Shown here: positions 1 to 11,057 of the stretch, piece by piece
How the letters are laid out: every line of letters begins with the position of its first letter
How positions within the stretch are numbered: the stretch's first letter is position 1
Assembly: GCA_003990765.1 (NCBI GenBank)
Contig: RBNJ01000231.1
Location: forward strand, 1-35,973
Source: Jimgerdemannia flammicorona
Lineage: Eukaryota
DNA: 35,973 nucleotides
Direction of reading: 5' to 3'
Notes under the pieces: generated by a model
Told to the model about the DNA's origin: nothing
The model's database searches: none
The model's input: only the letters and a program-made list of their open reading frames with translations
Program-made: the position numbers and the translations under genes

Positions 1-193
1 ACAGATGACCTGTGGAGTTTTCATACTGATGTAAAACCTAAATATCTTTTCAACTATCAATATAATTAATTGATGGCTGGAAAGATATTTAAGTAATATA
101 TATCTATATAGATAATAGAATATATTATAACATATGGTATGAAATAGAAACAGAAAATAGTGGTACCTGAATCCTTACAAATAGCAGTCATAT

Positions 194-278
194 TTTCACA
201 AATATAGAAACTTTACAAATGTAGAAATTCTACAGATATAGAAACTTTACAAATGTAGAGATTTTACAAATGTAGAGG
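194..278. repeat. Tandem repeat, 5 x 17 bp (approx. CTTTACAAATGTAGAAA)
   Basis: Units at 194, 211, 228, 245 and 262 differ almost only by transitions; there are no spacers. Confidence 0.85.
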
Positions 279-287
279 ATCTATATT

Positions 288-751
288 TGTAATAATTTCA
301 TAGTCATATTTAGTCTTAGTATATTTTTACATCTTTTAGTTAGTCTTTTCTTGTCATTTTTTGAATATTCTACTATATTCTGTCATCTTTTACTTGTTTA
401 GAAACCTTCTCTCAGTGCCCAGACACTACTAGAATACTCTTATCTTTCCTTAGTACTAAGTATCTTATCTTAGCTAATCATAGAACCTTTTGGAACATTA
501 TAGAACTATATTAGTCATCTTTGCTAAGAATCTATTTCTTGGTATTTCTCTTTCTTTCCAAGATCCTTCTGGATCTTTCTTTCAGATCTTGTATAAATAT
601 CCTTATTCTTTACCTAAATAAAGCTTAGAATATTTTCTCTCAGAAATTCTTCAAGAATACTTAAACCTTTAAATATCTCTTCGAGCTACTTTAGACCAAT
701 TAGAACTCTCAGATTTAGCCACTTCTTCTTAAAGAAACTAGAACTATTATA
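288..751 (+). repeat. 5' LTR of A1 (464 bp)
   Basis: Starts TGTAATAATTTCA and ends ...CTATTATA (CA>TA). Contains TATAAAT and AATAAA. Followed by a degenerate PBS, TGATAGTAGTAG (754-765). Confidence 0.9.
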
Positions 752-765
752 CTTGATAGTAGTAG

Positions 766-1229
766 TATAATAATTTTACAGTTATATTTAGTCTTAGTAT
801 ATTTTCACATCTTTTAGTTAGTCTTTTCTTATCATTTCTTAAATATTCTACTATATTCTATTATCTTCTACTTGCTTAAAAACCTTCTCTCAGTACCTAG
901 ACACTACTAGAACATTCTTATCTTTCCTTGGTATCAAGCATCTTGTCTTAGCTAGTTATAGAATCTTTTGGAATATTGTAGAATAGTATTAGTCAGCTTT
1001 ACCAAGAACCTATTTCTTGACATTTCTCTTTCTTTTCAAGATCCTTCTAGATCTTTCTTTCAGATCATGTATAAATATTCTTATTCTCTGCCTGAATAAA
1101 GCTCAGAATATTTTCTTCTAGAAATCCTTTAAAAATACTTAAACCTTTAAGTATCTCTTTAAGCTACTTTAGGCCAACTAGAACTTCCAGATTTAGCTGC
1201 TTTCTCTTAAAGAAACTAGAACTGTTACA
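766..1229 (+). repeat. 5' LTR of A2
   Basis: Copy of 288-751; ends CTGTTACA. Confidence 0.92.
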
Positions 1230-1231
1230 CT

Positions 1232-1243
1232 TGGTAGCAGTAG
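1232..1243 (+). promoter_or_regulatory. Primer-binding site, probably initiator tRNA-Met
   Basis: TGGTAGCAGTAG lies 2 nt after the LTR. TGGTAGC is complementary to the 3' end of fungal/animal tRNAiMet. B2 and C carry the same motif. Confidence 0.75.
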
Positions 1244-2297
1244 TATCATTACACCTTGCCTTATTAAGAAACCTCACATGAATTCGGAAACCAGTCACAA
1301 ATAGTCACATGAACCCAAAATTAGCTATGAAGAGTTAGTTTATTAGTCAAACTCCTCTACTACAGAAGAAGCAGGAGGATCACAGCTCAATATAGAAGAT
1401 ATGATCAATGCCATGGTCCATCAAATTTAAAAACTTCAAGTACAACTAGAATACCAGAAAATACAAACTATGAAAACATCATATCTTACTATAGTACTAG
1501 TCAGTTTCAAGCTACTCAAGCCAGACACCTTTGACAGCCATTGAGGAGGACTATCTACAGATGCATGGACCTTCTAATTAGACCAATACTTTGAACTCAC
1601 AAGAATGGAAGATAACATATAAGTCCAATTTGCCACCACACTTCTCTAAGGAAATGTAGCTATCTGATGATATAATCATATCATGGTTACATCTATATAC
1701 TCATATGCATGAATCAGAGATTAGAAAGCTTTCAAGAGAGCCCTTCATAAGTAGTTCAAGCCTGCTAATGCCACCAAGCTAGCCAGGGATAAGCTAGCAA
1801 ACATTAAGTAACTCAAGTCTATACAAAGCTACAATGTACAATTCTTGTCAATCCTACTTAAGCTATCAGTAGTATCTGAGGATGAAAAGATAGATCACTA
1901 TATCTGAGGTTTGAAGGGAAACACACAAGTCAAGGTTGAGCTAGAAGAGCCCAAAACTCTTGATGAAGCTATGAGAATTGCTGATAGATTTGATGTCATC
2001 ATCTTTGGCAACTACTTCAAACCAGAATGCTACAAGAAGAATTACTTTGAGAACTGCCATAGAAACTAACCAAGGACAGTTGGCCTGGCACCAATAGACT
2101 TAGACACTATGAACAAAAAGAACACCAAGCTCACCCCTGAAGAAAAGGACTGCCTGAAGAAATCTGGAGCCTGTTTCTTCTATCACCAAATAGGACACAT
2201 TGCAACCAAATATCCTAGGAAGACTAGCAAACCCCCAAGACCAATCACCATATTGTCCAAGGATACACCTGTTAACCCCACCACCAGTCAACTTAAG

Positions 2298-2705
2298 CTC
2301 AAGGTTAAGAAGCTTTATCTAAAGACCCAGGTCCCTCAATATCAAACAAAAGGAGTCATTGGTCTTGACCTATACTCAGTCAAACAAGTCACTATTCTGA
2401 CCAAGGGCCACACTCTGGTACCTACTGGAATTGCAGTTCAATATCCTAAAGGATATTATACTAGAATTGCACCATGATCAGGACTTAGTGTCAAACATCA
2501 TTTAGATGTAGGTGCTGGTGTCATTGACCCAGACTTTCAAGGACAAGTTCAAGTCTTGCTTATCAACCAGAAGGATCAAGACTATATAGTTAAAGAAGGA
2601 GACTGAGTCATACAAATGATCCTGGAAAAAGCCAGTCAACTTAAGATTACAGAAGTCCAAGAACTCCTTGAAACTAAATAAGATCAAAAGGGTTTTGATA
2701 GTACT
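2298..2705 (+). pseudogene. dut: dUTPase domain of A2
   Basis: GLDLYS, VPTGIAVQYPKGYYTRIAP(R)[16 protein letters not shown] and C-terminal (R)DQKGFDST correspond to the trimeric dUTPase motifs. Confidence 0.88.
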
Positions 2706-4143
2706 GATCAAGCAGCAAGTCTTAGTGAAAATTGAGCCCAAGTTATACTCATTTTCAAAGGCCTAGTCAAAGGAAGAGAAGTTCAAGTACTCATAGACAG
2801 TGGAGCTGCAGAGAACTTCATTAATCAGAATCTCATCAAAAGCCTCAAGATCCTCACCAAGCCTATATCCAAGAACAATAGTATAGTTACTGCAGACAGT
2901 ACTCTGCACCCCATCAAGTCAATCACTGCCAAACTGCTCATCAAAATTCAGAAATATTGGGAATGAGTAGACTTTGAGATTACACTATTAGGAGATCATG
3001 ACCTGATCTTAGGAAAACCTTGGCTTATGAAACACAACCCAGACATTGATTGGTATAAGAATGAAGTTACCTTACTTCAAGATGGAGCCAACATTATGAT
3101 CAAGATAGACAAGACTATGAGCAAGACCCAGATTGTAATATTGTCAGCTATACAGTACAAGAAAGCACTCAAGAAGGCAATATATGCCTTTATTGTAATG
3201 ATCCACTCCAAGAAACAAGACAAGAGACTATCAGTCAATAAAAGTATCAAGCTACTGCTAGAAGAATTCAAGGATGTCTTTCCAGACAAGTTATCTGGTC
3301 TACCATCTACACAAGAAGTTGATCATGAAATATAACTGACCCCAGGAGCTGTACTACCCAAGAAACATATATACTACATATCACCACTCAAAATTGAAGC
3401 AATCAAGAAGAAACTAGAAGAACTACTTGCATGAGGAGCCATCTAGCCAAGCAAATCCCCTTATGGCTCACCAGTCTTATTTGTCAAGAAGAAAGATAGT
3501 ACCCTACAAATGTGCATAGACTATTGTACACTCAACAAACTCACTGTCAAGAACTGCTATCCACTACTCTTGATTGACCAAATCTTTGATACTCTCAAGA
3601 ATGCCAAGTACTTCACTAAGTTAGACCTTATGTCAGGATACCACCAGATTCAAATCAAGCCAGAAGACATTCCCAAGACTGCATTCATGACCCTCTTTGG
3701 ACTCTACAAATTTCTGGTCTTAGCATTTAGTCTCACCAATACACCCACCATATTCCAGACCCTGATGAACAAGATATTCAAGGACCAACTATTTATTTTC
3801 CTATTGATATATCTTGATGACATCCTGATCTTTAGTACAACTAAAGAAGAATACCTCAAATACATTTGAATAGTTCTGGAGATCCTGTGAAAATACAAGT
3901 TTTATACCAAGCTCAAGAAGTGTGAATTCTTCAAGGATCGAGTCGAATACCTTGGCCACATTATCTCTACACAAGAAATTCAAGTAGACCCACACAAGAT
4001 AGAAGCAATTGAAGAATAGTCCATTCTGTCAAACTTCATAGAACTCTGATCCTTCCTTGGTCTAGCTGACTATTACTGCTGCTTTGTCAGAAACTTCTCT
4101 GGTATTGCTGAGCCACTGACTAACCTTATGAGGAAGGCCCCAC

Positions 4144-4501
4144 ACTCAGACCACTATATACCCTATATCTGGGACCTCTTCTATTAACAAACCTTTTAAG
4201 AACTCAAGAACTGCCTGACCCATGCTCCAGTCCTACATAATGCAGATCAAGACCTAAAATCCATGGTCACTACTGATGTATCAAATTTTGCCATTAGAGT
4301 AGTCCTATCACAAGATGATGGTACTCAGACTACTATATACCCTATATCTGGGACCTCTTCTATTAACAAACCTTTTAAGAACTCAAGAACTGCCTGACCC
4401 ATGCTCCAGTCCTACATAATGCAGATCAAGACCTAAAATCCATAGTCACTACTGATGTATCAAATTTTGCCATTAGAGTAGTCCTATCACAAGATGATGG
4501 T
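4144..4501 (+). repeat. 179-bp tandem duplication in the A2 RT/RNase H linker
   Basis: 4144-4322 and 4323-4501 are near-identical. The A1 counterpart (~32410-32590) has one copy. Confidence 0.92.
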
Positions 4502-6420
4502 AAAGAATATCACCCTATTGCTTTTTAAGTCTTGTAAGCTAGCCTCAGCTGAACAAAAGCTAGCTACTTATGAGAAGGAACTACTAGCAATAATACATAT
4601 ACTAGACCACTGGTGATACTATCTAGAAGGTATTGAGTTTGATATCATTACTGATCATCAATCCCTCAAATACATCAACACCCAATCTACTCTGTCATGT
4701 CTACAAGCTAAGTGGAGTCTCAAGCTTCAAACCTTCAATCTGATGATCATCTATAAGCCTAGCAAGACACTTGTAGTACCAGATGCCTTATCAAGATACT
4801 CAGACCTCACCACAATCATGTAAGTCACCTTGGCATTAGAATTCCTAGACCAAATCAGGCAAGCTTACAAAGAAGACACAGTTGCTACTAGAGTTTTCTC
4901 GAATAAACTCAAGGATATATATACTGTTGAGAACAACCTGATCTATCATCAAGATCAAGTCTACCTATCTGAAAACATGAACCTATACTACAAGGTTTTG
5001 CAAGAACACTATGACTCTCTCCTGGTCAGTTACCTGGAAATTGAGAAGACTGTCAAGAACATCCAACATCACTACTATTGGCCAAACATAGTCAAAGAAA
5101 TCAAGAACTATATTGCTAGCTGTGATCTATATCAGTGCAATAAGTCTACTAACTAAGTGTCTGCTGGTTTGCTACAGCTACTGCCAATTCCTACCAAGAA
5201 GTTCAAGCAAGTCACTATGGACTTTGTAACTCAACTACTATGAACTCAATCTGATGCTGAGGCTATTGTTGTATTCATTGACTACCTGACTAAGACTATG
5301 GTTGCTAAACCAACTACTATCAATGCTACCACACCCAAGATTACAAGAATCTTCTTCAAGTCCATCTTCTGTCACTATGGTCTACCATGAGTAATTATTA
5401 GTAATCAAGACCCCAAGTTTACCAGTCACTTTTGGCAAACCCTCTTCAAGACTCTGGGAACCCAATTGGCTATGTTTACTGCCTTTTACCTATAAACTGA
5501 TGGACAAACTGAGTGCATGAACAGAACTCTAGAACAAATGCTTAGAAACTATGTTTCTTATAAGTAAGATGATTGAGACATCTATCTGACTTATGTAGAG
5601 TTTGCATACAACAATGCTGTCCAATCATCTACTGGTCTTTTCCCTTTTCAGTTATTCCACAGTCAAGATCCCAAGACCCCTGCAAGTCTATTCCCTTTCA
5701 AGAAAACCAGTCAAATATAAGTTCCAACTGCCAAGAACCTTATAGACAAAATGGATAAACTACTCAAGATTACTATCATGAATCTTCAGAAGGCTCAACA
5801 GCATCAAGCCAAGTATGCTGATAAGAAATGCCATAATGTCACTTACACTATTAGAGATCAAGTCCTACTATCTACCAAGAACCTCAAGATATAATCTCAA
5901 GTCAACTGCTCTTTGAACAAGTTCCAACCCAAGTATATTAAACCTTTTGAGATCACTGAACAAGTCTCTGTATCCTCCTACTACCTCAAGCTACCTGAAA
6001 CCATGAGAGTACACCCAGTCTTTCATGTGTCACACCTTAAGACCTGGAACCAGTTACCACTCTACTCTGGTCGAATTTCTAAGCCTTCTGTCTCTGTGAT
6101 TATTAAAGACCATATCAAGTATGAAGCTGAGAAAATCCTTGACAAATGAATCTGCTACTGCTATCTTAAATATCTAGTCAAGTAGATGAGTTATCCTGAA
6201 TATGATGCTACCTGGGAACCACTGATCAACCTCAAGAACTCTTAAGATTTAGTTCAAGACTTTGAGGCAAAATACATTGCCCAATCCCTATAGTGACTTT
6301 CTTGGATTGTTGATGACCTATAACAATGACCAGTGCCTTATACATCAGAAGTTTACTTTGGGACCCCAGAACCAGCAGAACATTTAATAAACAAGAAGTC
6401 TACCAAAATGAAGCTATTAG

Positions 6421-6505
6421 CTGGATTCGAATCCCTCTCAGTTGGTTAGTCTGGTAATAGGCCCTCTGCCCTATATGAGAATGGCTAATTCCCACTAATA
6501 TACTG
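6421..6505 (+). ncRNA. Candidate conserved structured cis-element in the A2 3' UTR
   Basis: GGATTCGAATCCC...AATAGGCCCTCTGCCCTATATGAGAATGGCTAATTCCCACTAATATACT aligns with 24823-24898, 29187-29262 (-) and 34508-34592. Confidence 0.5.
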
Positions 6506-6581
6506 ATTCAAGTTTGAGAAATTTTGGTTAAGTATATCTAGTCTTGTGTTATCTAAGAACTTAATGAGGACATTGATTCTT

Positions 6582-6594
6582 AAGGAGGGAGGGA
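6582..6594 (+). promoter_or_regulatory. Polypurine tract of A2
   Basis: AAGGAGGGAGGGA lies immediately before the 3' LTR. Confidence 0.9.
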
Positions 6595-7058
6595 TATAAT
6601 AATTTCACAGTTATATTTAGTCTTAGTACATTTTTGTATCTTTTAGTTAGTCTTTTCTTGTCATTTCTTGAATATTCTACTATGTTCTATTATCTTCTAC
6701 TTGCTTAGAAACCTTCTCTCAGTGCCCAGACACTACTAGAACATTTTTGTCTTTCCTTAGTGTCAAGTATCTTGTCTTAGCTAGTTATGGAACCTTTTGG
6801 AACATTGTAGAATAGTATTAGTTAGCTTTGCCAAGAACTTATTTCTTAGCATTTCTCTTTCTTTCCAAGATCCTTCTGGATCTTTCTTTCAGATTATGTA
6901 TAAATATTCTTGTTCTCTACCTGAATAAAGCTCAGAATATTTTCTTCTAGAAATTCTTCAAGAATACTTAAACTTTTAAGTATCTCTTCAAGCTACTTTA
7001 GGTCAACTAGAACTTCCAGATTTAGCTGCTTTCTCTTAAAGAAACTAGAACCATTATA
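6595..7058 (+). repeat. 3' LTR of A2
   Basis: Copy of 766-1229; both termini are mutated (TG>TA, CA>TA). Confidence 0.92.
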
Positions 7059-7097
7059 AGTAGTGTCATTATATCTTACCTTATTAAGAAATCTCAT

Positions 7098-8465
7098 ATG
7101 AATTCAGAAACCAGTCACAACTAGTTATATGAATCTGAAATGAGCTATGAAGAGTCAGCCTATTAGTCAGATCTCTCTGCTACAGAAGAAGCAAAAGGAC
7201 TACAGCTCAATATAAAGGATATATAAGATTAATACTATAGCTCACCAAATTCAAGAACTTCAAATAGTAGAAAACAAAAGCTATAAGTATATTATATTTT
7301 GTTATAGTACTAGTCAGTTTCAAGCCACTTAAGTCAGATACCTTTGATAGTCATTGAGGAGGACTATCTACAGATGTATAGACCTTCTAGTTGAATCAAT
7401 ACTTTGAGCTTACAAGAATGGAAGAAGACATGCAAGTCCAATTTACTACTACACTTCTCTGAGGCTGCACTCAACTGGAACCGGGAGCTGACACGGCAAC
7501 GTGATCGAGGCCCGCAGGCTTGAGTAGTGGGGTATTGGGGGTTTCCTCCTGCCTCACGTGTAAGTCCTTTACTCACCTTGACTGGGAGAACCAGGCCCTA
7601 CCCACCGTGTTGTGCTTTGATGAGGGTTTTTCTTTGCCTGTCATTCTCTTTGGGGTGGCAGGAACTATTCTATTCGGCTCGGGCGTGGCCTTGTACATAC
7701 GTTGGGTTCTCGGGCATGCGCTTTCAGTCGTTAGTGTATGGCTGCGTTTCCCCTGGTGGTAGGGAGAGCATGGTGCGCAGAACGAGGTGCGGGCCACTAT
7801 AGGCCCTGCTGCGCCTGGCATGGTCGAGCTACTGGACAATAGCTAGCCTAGGTTAATGGGGGGGCAGTGCTTGATGGGTGGTGGGGGAGGGTTTTGGCCT
7901 ATATAGTCTAGGTTCCCTTCCAATAAAATTCTGCAGGACATAGAGTCCATTAAACAAAAACTACACTTCTCTGAGAAAATACAGTTATCTAGTGACACAA
8001 TCATATCATAGTTACATCCATACACTCATATGCATGAATTAGAGACTGAGAAGCTTTCAAGAGAACCCTTCACAAGCAGTTCAAGCCTGCTAATACTACT
8101 AAGCTAGCCAGAGACAAGCTAGTAAATATCAAGCAACTCAAGTCTATACAAAGCTATAATACACAATTTTTATCAATCCTACTTGAGCTATCAGCAATAT
8201 TTAAGGATGAAAAGATAGATCACTATGTCCAAGATCTGAAGGTAAACACACAAGTCAAGGTTGAGCTAGAAGAGCCCAAAAACCTTAATAAAGCTATGAG
8301 AATCACTAATAGATTTGATATTATCATCTTTGGTAACTACTTTGAACCAGAATACTATAAGAAGAACTACTTCAAGAACTGCTACAAGAACTAACCAAGA
8401 ATAGTTGGCCCAGTACCAATAGACTTAAATACCATGAACAAAAAGAATACTAAGCTTATCTCTGA
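7098..8465 (+). pseudogene. A1 gag, N-terminal part, interrupted by the 7464-7959 insertion
   Basis: Colinear with A2 1278-2140; resumes at 29809. Confidence 0.88.
7464..7959 (+). mobile_element. 5'-truncated non-LTR retrotransposon (LINE 3' end or SINE-like)
   Basis: 16-bp TSD ACTACACTTCTCTGAG (7448-7463 / 7960-7975), A-rich 3' end TAAACAAAA(A) and AATAAA at 7922. GC- and CpG-rich, unlike its flanks. A short frame ALNWNRELTRQRDRGPQA* at the 5' end may be an ORF2 C-terminus. Confidence 0.8.
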
Positions 8466-8550
8466 TATAAGAGGGTTACTTATTAGAATAACTGTTATAT
8501 AGTTCTGGAAGAGTTTTCTGGAGGTTCTAGATATTCTAGAAGACTGTTTT

Positions 8551-10628
8551 TGTCAGAGGATTACTTGTTAGAGTAACTGTTACATAGTTCTGGAAGAGTT
8601 TTCTAGAAGTTCTGGATATTCTGGAAGACTATTTTCTTAAGGTCAAGATCAATTTTATATGGAGTATATCCTCTATGCATATTGATTTCAAGATTAGGTT
8701 AATGTCTCAACCAAAGTCCTTTTTTGGACTAGTTCTGGATGTTTAGGATTTTCTGTATTTCAGGAAGTTCAAGAAACTAAGACCAGCTTAGTTGGATTGG
8801 CATATTGCTGCAGACAATACCCAATTAGGAAATTTCGTGATGGAGTTAGGAGTGGGACCTAATGGAGAGCAGATTTACTTAAGAGTGGTTTATGGGTTAT
8901 TAAATAGGTTTATTCACTATTCATGATATTGCTATATTAGGAGTAGTTGTGTGAAGGGATATTGTGGAGAAGTGCTCAGGAGTTGTGTTCAGATTGTTCA
9001 AGTCTTTTTGTCTAAGATTCTGAGGTCTGGGAGAGGGGGTATTTATACTAGTGAGGGGCTATCTGGACTATACTAAATATGGATGTAGCACTTAGTACTT
9101 TGCTGAGTCATAATACAGTCACATAGTACAAGTGTGATCTGATATATCAAGAGATCATCTGACTGCTGAGTTAGTTCACAGTTATGTCATACAAGGCTAA
9201 TCTAACTATACTATGACTGCTAAGCTATCTATAGATTTAGATACTGTCTGAATAGTCTTTGATGACATTACTATCAATGACATCATCTTTGATAAAGTAG
9301 TTGTCTAGGAAGAGCTATTTGTAGATTAATTCTCCCTATTCACTGAGGTAGTAATATATTGAGACTTCATCACTATTCTATAGAATAGCATCATCTGTCT
9401 CATATACTGGGTATGGAGTTGGTGGGCGAAGGAGTGGTGCATTGTCTTTGCTTTCATTGAATTTGCTGTCTGCATATCTTCTATAGGTTACAGCACTATG
9501 AGTCATAGGGTTGTAGTAAGCTGGCAGCTGTGGTTCATGTCACTTATACTTAGGTGGTGGAGTGGTTGGTTTGATCTTGAGGGTTGTCTGGAGGTACAGG
9601 TTGTGTTCTCTAGTCTCTTTATTATAGTTGAAGTAGTCAGAAGTAAATGTGGGTTGGTACTTATACCAATGGTCATTATCTCAATAAGTCTCATAGGTGG
9701 TTATGAACTGTTATAAGTTCATTGGCAAAGTTGATGAAGTGATCAGGCTTGGCAAAGATCTTTGGCTTGAGATTATATTGGTGTCAGAGGGGTCATTGTC
9801 TTCTACTTTATCTTCATCAAATTAAATTATATCATAGATATCCTTTATAGCATATCCAACTTAAGGCATTTGTAGGATATGGTCATCAGGGTATGGGAAG
9901 GTTCTGTCTATAGTCTGAACATATTCGAGATACTTGTGGTTGAGTTCTTATATTATGTTATTGATTTGGCCATAGGACAGAGTAGCAACCATTTTGGTAG
10001 TAGTAACTCAGAGGTGGGGAATAAAGGTCCTATACTTGTAGAAGAGTTCTCAATGTTTGTAGGCAATGAGTTTCTGGTGTTGAGACATCTGAGTAATATC
10101 TGTATCATAGTAGTGTTCAACTATATCTTCTAGGAGGTGGTCAATCTGATAGTAGCTTGAGATTTGTCCAATTTGGTAGGCTTCACTAAGCATGTTCAGA
10201 GCATTCCATCAGATTTCCATGAAGTAGAGTGATGCTAAGCTATGGATATTCATGAGGGGCAGAGGGGATGTAGCTCAGTTGATAATAGCATTCCAAATAT
10301 CAGCACAGATGTGGTTATAGATCTTGGTGGTCATGTTTGTATATGTTCAGAAGTTGTAGTTGTTGTTTGTTTTAGTTCTCTATTTTGATGCATCTCAGTA
10401 CTTGGTATATGTATATGTATTTGGTCCTGATTAGTAAGATTCTGTTTATGTAAATCTTGTATTCCGTGACTTTGTGTTGACTCAGCTTTGTGCACTGTGA
10501 CTTCAGTTTGACTCAGCTTCATAATTGAGCAAGTGATTTTCAGATTTGTTCAGCTGTTGTGTGTGATTTCAGTGGCTTGTTCAGAGGGTAATATGTGATT
10601 TCAGTGGCTTAGAGGTTGTGCACTTACA
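8551..10628 (-). repeat. 3' LTR of B2 (2078 bp)
   Basis: TG...CA termini. Minus-strand TATAAAT at 9041-9047 and AATAAA at 8909-8914. Adjacent to the PPT. Confidence 0.92.
9237..10334 (-). pseudogene. LTR(U3)-encoded accessory ORF of B2, ~365 codons, unknown function
   Basis: One frame of 1098 nt from ATG 10334 to TAA 9237. All internal stops revert by C>T or G>A. Translation MTTKIYNHICADIWNAII...EAYQIGQISSYYQIDHLL...IAYKH(R)ELFYKYRTFIPHL...LSYGQINNII, then an acidic/Pro/Tyr-rich tail. Aligns by eye with the C ORF at 25153-25980. Confidence 0.75.
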
Positions 10629-10642
10629 ACTCTCCCCTTCTT
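10629..10642 (-). promoter_or_regulatory. Polypurine tract of B2
   Basis: AAGAAGGGGAGAGT on the minus strand, before TGTAAGTG. Confidence 0.88.
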
Positions 10643-11057
10643 AGCTTTTGACATCCTCATTGAGACCTTCTAATTTTGTTCTAGTATTGTTACACTGTTT
10701 AGGAGGTCAAAAGTCTGGTAAAGTCCATTTTTTCAGAAAGTAGCATGCTCATAGTACAGTTGCCTAACATATTGGATTCATACATTAAAGGGTCATGTAT
10801 TCAATGCCATATACCAGAAGTGATTCTGATATCATTCACTACTGGAGAATTTTCTCTAAGGAATCTTCTTAAATGTCTATGCCTTATTTTCCACCAGTGG
10901 TATAGGGAGAATAGACTTGCTTTCAGTTTTGCTATTTTTTTCCAGAGAGTCAGTATTTTTTTTCTTGTCTTATTGAGTTCTTGATTTTGTTCATGATAAT
11001 TATAATATTCAGAGGGGTAATACATAGTATGTACTGATAGGTGTAGAGTATTCAGTT

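Larger units (their letters stand above)
1278..6293 (+). pseudogene. A2 gag-pol: capsid, zinc knuckle, dUTPase, aspartic protease, RT, RNase H, integrase, chromodomain
   Basis: Motifs: KPDTF..AW...LDQYF gag, degenerate knuckle CFFYHQIGHIATK, LIDSGAAENFI protease, LDLMSGYHQI and YLDDILIFS RT, QTDGQTE integrase, HPVFHVS, YEAEKIL..YDATWEP chromodomain. Many TAA/TAG/TGA stops arise from transitions. Confidence 0.93.
766..7058 (+). mobile_element. Full-length degenerate Ty3/gypsy element A2, inserted in the PBS of A1
   Basis: LTRs 766-1229 and 6595-7058, PBS 1232-1243, PPT 6582-6594. TSD AGTAG at 761-765 and 7059-7063. Confidence 0.93.

Noticed and set aside
194..278. CRISPR-like array
   Set aside because: The 17-bp units are contiguous with no spacers, there are no cas genes, and the context is eukaryotic.
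1278..6293. Alternative genetic code or stop-codon recoding to explain the many in-frame stops
   Set aside because: All three stop types occur, they largely differ between A1 and A2, and they map to CAA/CAG/CGA/TGG codons, as expected from transition mutagenesis.
7520..7839. Small ORFs within the GC-rich insert
   Set aside because: Overlapping ORFs in several frames are expected from GC content; the TSD and A-tail indicate a retroposed 3' UTR.
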